DNA of 64,000 nucleotides from Treponemataceae bacterium (GTDB lineage Bacteria > Spirochaetota > Spirochaetia > Treponematales > Rectinemataceae): positions 992,001-1,056,000 of the forward strand of contig CAXXHO010000003.1 in assembly GCA_963667725.2 (NCBI GenBank), in the 5' to 3' direction. The notes under the pieces were generated by a model that saw only the letters and a program-made list of their open reading frames with translations, was not told where the DNA came from and made no database searches. Position numbers and translations under genes: made by a program. Within the stretch, counting starts at the first letter, position 1. Each line of letters opens with the position of its first letter. Positions 58,787-64,000 of this stretch are shown piece by piece.

Positions 58787-59359
58787 ATGTCGCCACGAAC
58801 CCAGGAAGCCAATGACGCCCTCCATGCGGAAAGGCGAAAGACAATTCTGGATGCGGCTCTGCATGTCTTCGTGGAGAACGGTTTCAACGGGACGCGGATG
58901 CAAGAGATAGCCAAGCGATGCGCTTTAAGCTACGGGCTGGTCTATCATTACTTCCCCGCCAAGGAAGCGATATTCGCGACGCTTGTGAACATGGCTCTCG
59001 ACGCGGCCGAACTGTTGCTATATTCCCTTCCTCAGGGCGCGGAGCCCCAAGGCTTCGGCTCTCTCGCGGGTTTCGCCGTTTCCGACCCGTCACCGCTCTA
59101 TTTTGCCATAATCGTGGAGGCATTGACGAAGAAAAGCGTAGCGCCAGAACTGAAAGCCCGCGCGAGGGAAACGATACTGAGCATGAAGACCGCTTTGGCC
59201 TCGGCTGGGAGCGGCGAATCCCCAACCGACGATGCAACGAAAGGCGAGGGGATACTTGCCGTACTTCTCGGCGCATCGATCATGAAAATCTGCCGCCTGT
59301 CGGATGGAACTTTCGCTTCGCGTTCGGCGATGATTTTAGCCGCTTCTGGAAGGAAATAG
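58787..59359 (+). CDS. TetR/AcrR family regulator
   Basis: ILDAALHVFVENGFNGTRMQEIA...GLVYHYFPAKEAI. Confidence 0.92.
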   Translation: MSPRTQEANDALHAERRKTILDAALHVFVENGFNGTRMQEIAKRCALSYGLVYHYFPAKEAIFATLVNMALDAAELLLYSLPQGAEPQGFGSLAGFAVSDPSPLYFAIIVEALTKKSVAPELKARARETILSMKTALASAGSGESPTDDATKGEGILAVLLGASIMKICRLSDGTFASRSAMILAASGRK

Positions 59360-59610
59360 GATATGGAAGCGAGGAGATCGCCCCTTTTCGCATGCTGCCT
59401 GGCTCGACGACCGAAGCCTCTTCTTCATACTCCCAGCTCTTCTCGATCCAAAAATTATTGGCGGAGAGACCCGGTTCGTGCTCGTGCGTACCGAGGGCGG
59501 CCAACGCGCGGCGATGCGGCTTCGCGCGGAAGGTGTTGCCGAGGTGACCGATTACGCCGGGAATTTCGCGTATCATCCTGATCGACGCCGCTATCCTGAG
59601 GAGTGAATGA

Positions 59611-60033
59611 ATGAGCAATCCGCTGGCAAGAATTCTTATCGCGATCGGAAGTTCGGCTTCCATAGGTTTCGGCATCTGGCATTTTTTCGTCCCAAAGGAT
59701 TGGAAATGGTATTCGTATATCGATGCGCGCGCGACCGAGTTGATCATCGCGGTACAGGCGATTAATATCTTTTTTTCACTCGCCCTCGTCCTGTTTGGCT
59801 TGATGAATCTATCGCTGATAATCGGGAACAAGTCAAATAGATACTCCATCGCGATCGTACTGGGGGCGACATGTATACTATGGCTTACGAGAATATCGAT
59901 GCAGATAATCCGCCCCCAGGGTTCGATGAGTCCAACGCTTCAATACTCGATGCTTTCATCATTTATAGCTATTTCCCTCTGTTTCGTCGTTCCGCTGGTT
60001 TTGGTGCTGGTAAAAAAGGATTATTGCCGATGA
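59611..60033 (+). CDS. Hypothetical four-TM membrane protein
   Basis: GAGGAG SD, four hydrophobic segments, WHFFVP..W motif. Confidence 0.65.
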   Translation: MSNPLARILIAIGSSASIGFGIWHFFVPKDWKWYSYIDARATELIIAVQAINIFFSLALVLFGLMNLSLIIGNKSNRYSIAIVLGATCILWLTRISMQIIRPQGSMSPTLQYSMLSSFIAISLCFVVPLVLVLVKKDYCR

Positions 60034-60052
60034 TCGCCTCGCAAAACGATTT

Positions 60053-60382
60053 TCAGGCAACGATTACATCAGGCACTTTAGGCCATCGAAGCGAAATGAC
60101 GCTGGTGACCACATTGATGATGCGGCATTCTCTCGCGGTCGCGAGCGTAGAGACGAGGATCATGATGCTTGGAATGACCATCAATAGCGACGCGGAAAAA
60201 AGACTCATTTGTGAAAAATCAAGAAATCCCATCTTACCGCTTGTAATGCTGCCGATGGTTCCGGGCCGAAACAGCGAAAAGATATCGCAATAAATATAGA
60301 GACACATCAGAGCGATCCATGCGGACATTATGATGAGCTTTATATTAGCTTTTTGTTCCACGAGAGATAATTTCTTTGCCAT
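60053..60382 (-). pseudogene. DUF6326-like membrane protein, apparently internally deleted
   Basis: W..LM.LYIYCDIF..F.PG and IPS.MI match the family from memory, but the last two TMs before the terminal WPK appear to be missing. Confidence 0.5.
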
Positions 60383-60491
60383 AAAAACCCCTTTTATAAA
60401 CGAATAAAATGACTGTCTTCCTGAGTGCCGCGCCAATAATCTTTCTCAATAAAAGACAGGGGAAGAATAGGCAAAACCATCGTGGATGTCA

Positions 60492-60505
60492 TTGATCTAG
60501 GTTAA
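60492..60505. promoter_or_regulatory. Fnr-box-like site between Crp/Fnr remnant and DUF6326-like gene
   Basis: TTGAT-ctag-GTTAA versus the FNR consensus TTGAT-N4-ATCAA. Confidence 0.45.
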
Positions 60506-60522
60506 GAACGATCGGGAATATT

Positions 60523-60774
60523 TTACTTCCTCGTCGGGCGAGAAAGCCTCTTTCGTATTCTGCTCAAGGATTCGGGCTTTACCCCGAGGTAACTGGCAAT
60601 TTGATATTGAGGAATCCTCTGGAGCAAATCCGGCCGCTTTTCTACCAAGTCCGAATAGCGCTCCTAGGACGTCGAGGTCCTGTAGCGAGCGAGGCTTTCC
60701 TGAAGTTTCGCCGCCATTATCTCCGACATGGCCAGGCACACCGACTTCAGCTCGGGATATTCGGCGAGTATTCT
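60523..60774 (-). pseudogene. Crp/Fnr-family regulator, 3' remnant
   Basis: ...[44 protein letters not shown] (HTH). In-frame TAG at 60664-60666, 5' part cut at the IS end. Confidence 0.85.
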
Positions 60775-60868
60775 TATAATGAGCCGCGATAACTGGACAG
60801 GAATAGAGACAATATAAAGTGGACCGCTCCTCCTTGCAGAACGGAAAGAAGGAGGCATAGAGTTAGCT

Positions 60869-61171
60869 ATGAGAAAGCGGTACGACAAAGAATTCAAGGC
60901 CAAAGTAGCCTTGGAAGCCCTGAAGGGCGAAAAGACTCTGCAGGAACTGGCGATTACTTACTCGGTCCATCCGAACATGATCGCGCTCTGGAAAAGGCAA
61001 CTTTCGGAGCACGCATCGGCGCTCTTTGAGAAAGAAGGGAAGGATAAAACAACAGAAGACGCCACGAGGCAAAAGGATGAACTGTACAAACAGATAGGAC
61101 AGCTCCAAGTGGAGAACGACTACCTTAAAAAAAAATACAAACAACTGTACGGGACCGATCCGAAATGGTAG
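60869..61171 (+). CDS. IS3-family transposase OrfA
   Basis: RYDKEFKAKVALEA HTH and LYKQIGQLQVENDYLKKK zipper. Confidence 0.92.
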   Translation: MRKRYDKEFKAKVALEALKGEKTLQELAITYSVHPNMIALWKRQLSEHASALFEKEGKDKTTEDATRQKDELYKQIGQLQVENDYLKKKYKQLYGTDPKW

Positions 61172-62001
61172 AAGCCGATCATCCCGAGCTCTCAATAGCG
61201 CAGCAATGCACGATCCTCGGGATAGCTCGATCATCTTACTACTACCAGCCTAAGGAAGCTCCGGAAGATCATGATTTGGCTATTCTGGAAGCTATCCTCG
61301 AGGTGCTGAAAGAGAAACCGTTCTACGGTTACCGTAGAATAGCAAGGGAACTGATCTATTTGGACGTTACACGAAAGCAAGTTCGAAGGATTATGAAGAA
61401 AGCCGGATTACGGGCGATCTATCCTGGACTTCAGCTTTCCAAACCGTCCAAGGGTTCCAAGAAATACCCCTATTTACTTAGGGGGATGAATATTTGGCTA
61501 CCGAATCAGGTGTGGGCGTCTGACATAACCTATATCAAGCTTTCTGGCGGTTACGTCTATCTGGTTACGATAATTGACCTGTATTCCAGGAAGATTCTGT
61601 CCTGGCGGGTTTCTAACACCATGGATGCCCAATTTTGTGTGTCGGCACTGGAAGAAGCAATTGCCCATTACGGAGTACCAGGCATTTTTAACACAGATCA
61701 AGGAAGCCAGTTTACTTCTGACGCCTTTGTGTCGGTGCTGGAATCTCATGGAATACAAATCAGCATGGATGGCGTAAACAGGGCGCTGGACAATATCTTT
61801 GTAGAACGGTTCTGGAGATCCTTGAAGTACGAGGACATTTATCTCAAGGATTACCGAACTATGACGGAGCTGAAAGATGGGCTGGCTCGCTACCTTAGGT
61901 TTTATAACAGTGAGCGATTCCATCAATCGCTGGAGTACGAAACTCCAGACACTATTTATTGGAGTAAGTTCCCGGCAAGGGAACTCAAAGAAGCTGTATG
62001 A
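61165..62001 (+). CDS. IS3-family transposase OrfB (DDE integrase core)
   Basis: WASDITY, NTDQGSQF, DNIFVERFWRSLKYE. Confidence 0.95.
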   Translation: MVEADHPELSIAQQCTILGIARSSYYYQPKEAPEDHDLAILEAILEVLKEKPFYGYRRIARELIYLDVTRKQVRRIMKKAGLRAIYPGLQLSKPSKGSKKYPYLLRGMNIWLPNQVWASDITYIKLSGGYVYLVTIIDLYSRKILSWRVSNTMDAQFCVSALEEAIAHYGVPGIFNTDQGSQFTSDAFVSVLESHGIQISMDGVNRALDNIFVERFWRSLKYEDIYLKDYRTMTELKDGLARYLRFYNSERFHQSLEYETPDTIYWSKFPARELKEAV

Positions 62002-62062
62002 GAGGAGAAGGTGTCCACCTTATTCCTGATTCTTTTCTGTCTAGACAGGTGGGCTCATTATA

Positions 62063-62358
62063 GTGTTAATCGAGCCCTGGATAACATCTTTGTTGAGCGA
62101 TTCTGGAGATTCTTGAAATACGAAGACATTTATCTTAATGATTACTAGACAATGTTGGAACTAAAAGCTGGTATTTATCGGTACATCATGTTTTACAACG
62201 GTGAGCGATTTCACAAGTCTCTGGAGTATGAGATGCCATACTTTATCTATAGAAACGTTTTCAAAGAACAATAATCAGCCAACTTCGCGTAGAAAGGGAG
62301 GACCATACACGGATGAATCTGTTCTTTTCTGTATTGACAACAATATCCAATAGATACA
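62063..62358 (+). mobile_element. Remnant of an older related IS3 element (orfB 3' end + right IR)
   Basis: Translates VNRALDNIFVERFWRFLKYEDIYLNDY*TMLELK...FYNGERFHKSLEY, paralogous to the orfB 3' end from about 61794. TTCTTTTCTGT...GACA resembles the intact IRR. Confidence 0.85.
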
Positions 62359-62382
62359 GTATAAATAAAAGGAGTTTAAAGA

Positions 62383-63525
62383 ATGAAAAAAACTTTCTTT
62401 TTCCGTCTCACCACGTTACTTATAATCGCATTGTTCGTCTTGGCAGGTTGCGCAACCACAATCGGAAGTACCTCTAAAGTGGATACCTACACCCACGCTT
62501 CATCCAATCCTAAGGGTATGTCGGGTTTCCCCGATAAAACGCCGCTCACGGGAGCAAAGCTCCAGGGCGCATACGACTTCCTGGTAGATTCTTCCCACTA
62601 TGCGTACACTCAGAAGGATCTGCCGTCTTTTAACTCAGCAAAATATCCCCATGGATTTGACGAAAACTGGCGCTCCAAGCTAAACAGTCGTGTATACCGA
62701 GGTCCCTACTACGATCCCTTATGCAGGTCCGTTGACTGGCTCTCCATTAATCCCAACGGCACGGTGGACGTATCCCTGGGTTCTTATTGGGGCATGGTGA
62801 CTCCGAATAAGGAACTCCCGGTTTCTGAATTACCGGGCTATCAAAAATCGAGCAAATATCAGATTTTTTCCTACAATTCCTCGGGCCAGATGACCCAGAA
62901 CTGGAAAGAGCGCAAACGCGGTACCTTTGCTATAGATGCCTCCCTGGCTGAATATTATGGCATCGGAGGCAACGGCGTTCTTCTCGTAGAAGTGGCGCTG
63001 AACCACTACACGGACGTTGTTGTTACCCCGGAACAGTACTATGACGGCTTGCTGCCCGAAAGCTGGTCGATGGGCACCAATTTCGGTCTCAAGGCCATCG
63101 ATCCTTCATATCCCAGCTGGACAGAATTCTGGAAACTGAGCGAAGCGCAGCGGAAGGACGTTCTTGCCAAAATGAACGGCGATGTCAAGGTCAAGGAATT
63201 GCTGGCTACCCGGGGCTCTTATTTCTGGTTTGATGTCCTACAGATCGTCAGCGTTACCAATCTGATCGGCTTTGAGTTCGAATCCGCCAATGGTAAAATT
63301 AACGGCATCGACAAGGACCACGACGGGTTCCTGGATAAATATCCTGCTGGCCACGAAAAAGCCGGCCAGCCAATCATCTCCAAAATGTCAAATCTTCGGG
63401 TACCCGAGTACAGCCTTTACCTGAACTTTAACGACGGCTGGTGGTACGACCGCTGGTCCACTCCCGGCCAGATTAAAGTCGTCTATGCCGACGGTACCGT
63501 CGTGTCGGATCCCAGAAAGAAATAA
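62383..63525 (+). CDS. Lipoprotein of unknown function
   Basis: AAGGAG SD, signal peptide with LAG-C lipobox, aromatic-rich body, DKDHDG motif. Confidence 0.8.
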   Translation: MKKTFFFRLTTLLIIALFVLAGCATTIGSTSKVDTYTHASSNPKGMSGFPDKTPLTGAKLQGAYDFLVDSSHYAYTQKDLPSFNSAKYPHGFDENWRSKLNSRVYRGPYYDPLCRSVDWLSINPNGTVDVSLGSYWGMVTPNKELPVSELPGYQKSSKYQIFSYNSSGQMTQNWKERKRGTFAIDASLAEYYGIGGNGVLLVEVALNHYTDVVVTPEQYYDGLLPESWSMGTNFGLKAIDPSYPSWTEFWKLSEAQRKDVLAKMNGDVKVKELLATRGSYFWFDVLQIVSVTNLIGFEFESANGKINGIDKDHDGFLDKYPAGHEKAGQPIISKMSNLRVPEYSLYLNFNDGWWYDRWSTPGQIKVVYADGTVVSDPRKK

Positions 63526-63622
63526 CGCACTTTGCCCGTGGCGCTTTTCGTGCCGCGGGGGCTGCGTTCCGGGCGCCTTCTCGTAGAGGTGTCCCGGGCG
63601 CGCAACATCGGAGGAGATTATC

Positions 63623-64000
63623 TTGAAGCTGCGCACCTATGCCGCGACCGTATGCGTCCTGGCATTTCTCTTAATGGTCACTAACTGTGCCAGTAGCGCT
63701 AAAAAGCCGATGGCCGAAAATCCCCGGGTGACAACGCCCACCATGGCGCAAAACCCTGACAGGTATTTTAATAACGGTTCCATAGCTATTACCCTGGTAA
63801 CTGAAACGCCCAACGCGGCAATTTACTATACCCTCGACGGGTCCATCCCCGCCGCGGAAAACGGCACCCTCTACGCTGGGCCTTTTAACCTGACCTTTGA
63901 TAAAACAAAGAATACTGAATTTAGGGGCTACGTCCTAGTACAGGCCATTGCCGTTAAGGCGGGCCATCCCAACAGCGCCATGACCTCGCAGATTTTCCAA
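63623..64000 (+). CDS. Lipoprotein with chitobiase/Fn3-associated-type Ig-like domain (3' end outside window)
   Basis: GGAGGAG SD, TTG start, MKLRTYAATVCVLAFLLMVTN-C, then AAIYYTLDGSIP...LYAGPF...VQAIAVKAG. Frame is open to the window end. Confidence 0.75.
   Translation, partial: MKLRTYAATVCVLAFLLMVTNCASSAKKPMAENPRVTTPTMAQNPDRYFNNGSIAITLVTETPNAAIYYTLDGSIPAAENGTLYAGPFNLTFDKTKNTEFRGYVLVQAIAVKAGHPNSAMTSQIFQ

Larger units (their letters stand above)
60775..62062 (+). mobile_element. IS3-family insertion sequence (1288 bp), apparently intact
   Basis: Imperfect ~50-bp terminal IRs starting TATAATGAGCC at both ends. orfA/orfB in 0/-1 frames with an A9 slippery site at 61127-61135. Confidence 0.92.

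Noticed and set aside
60664..60666. In-frame TAG in the Crp/Fnr frame as pyrrolysine or stop-codon recoding
   Set aside because: The gene is also 5'-truncated by the IS, no pyl genes are seen, and TAG terminates other genes normally (dut, dtd, MATE). A GAG-to-TAG nonsense change is simpler.

Overview
A GC-rich bacterial chromosome segment, most likely from a spirochaete of the Treponema/Rectinema type. This assignment is inferred from the tamB-bamA-skp-mutS order, a ~900-aa GreA, a FemABX enzyme and several spirochaete-style lipoproteins. About 1-40 kb is housekeeping: tamB-bamA-skp, mutS, comF, rimP-nusA-infB-rbfA-truB-ribF-rpsO-pnp, M16 peptidase, dut, lptFG, tgt, NlpC/P60, greA, rpe, dtd, ppdK, dinB, metG, femX and AmmeMemo A/B. 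About 40-50.5 kb is a sigma54-controlled MacAB-TolC-type export locus flanked by two AtoC/NtrC-like activators. About 50.6-55 kb is a GGT / DctM-like permease / 49-aa membrane protein / M14 deacylase operon. About 55-64 kb is accessory: wrbA-sodB-cpo-RNB nuclease, TetR, a decayed Crp/Fnr locus, an intact IS3-family element abutting an older IS3 remnant, and two lipoproteins of unknown function. The most unusual signals are: (1) PPDK fused to a ~150-aa histone-H1-like tail with AT-hook-type motifs; (2) IF2 with a FUS/Sup35-like (G/S)GYQG prion-like domain whose duplicated unit differs only at synonymous sites; (3) several housekeeping genes that look leaderless; (4) the GGT-permease-microprotein-deacylase module. 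No rRNA, tRNA or CRISPR array was recognised. All product calls come from motif recognition by eye, not from database searches.
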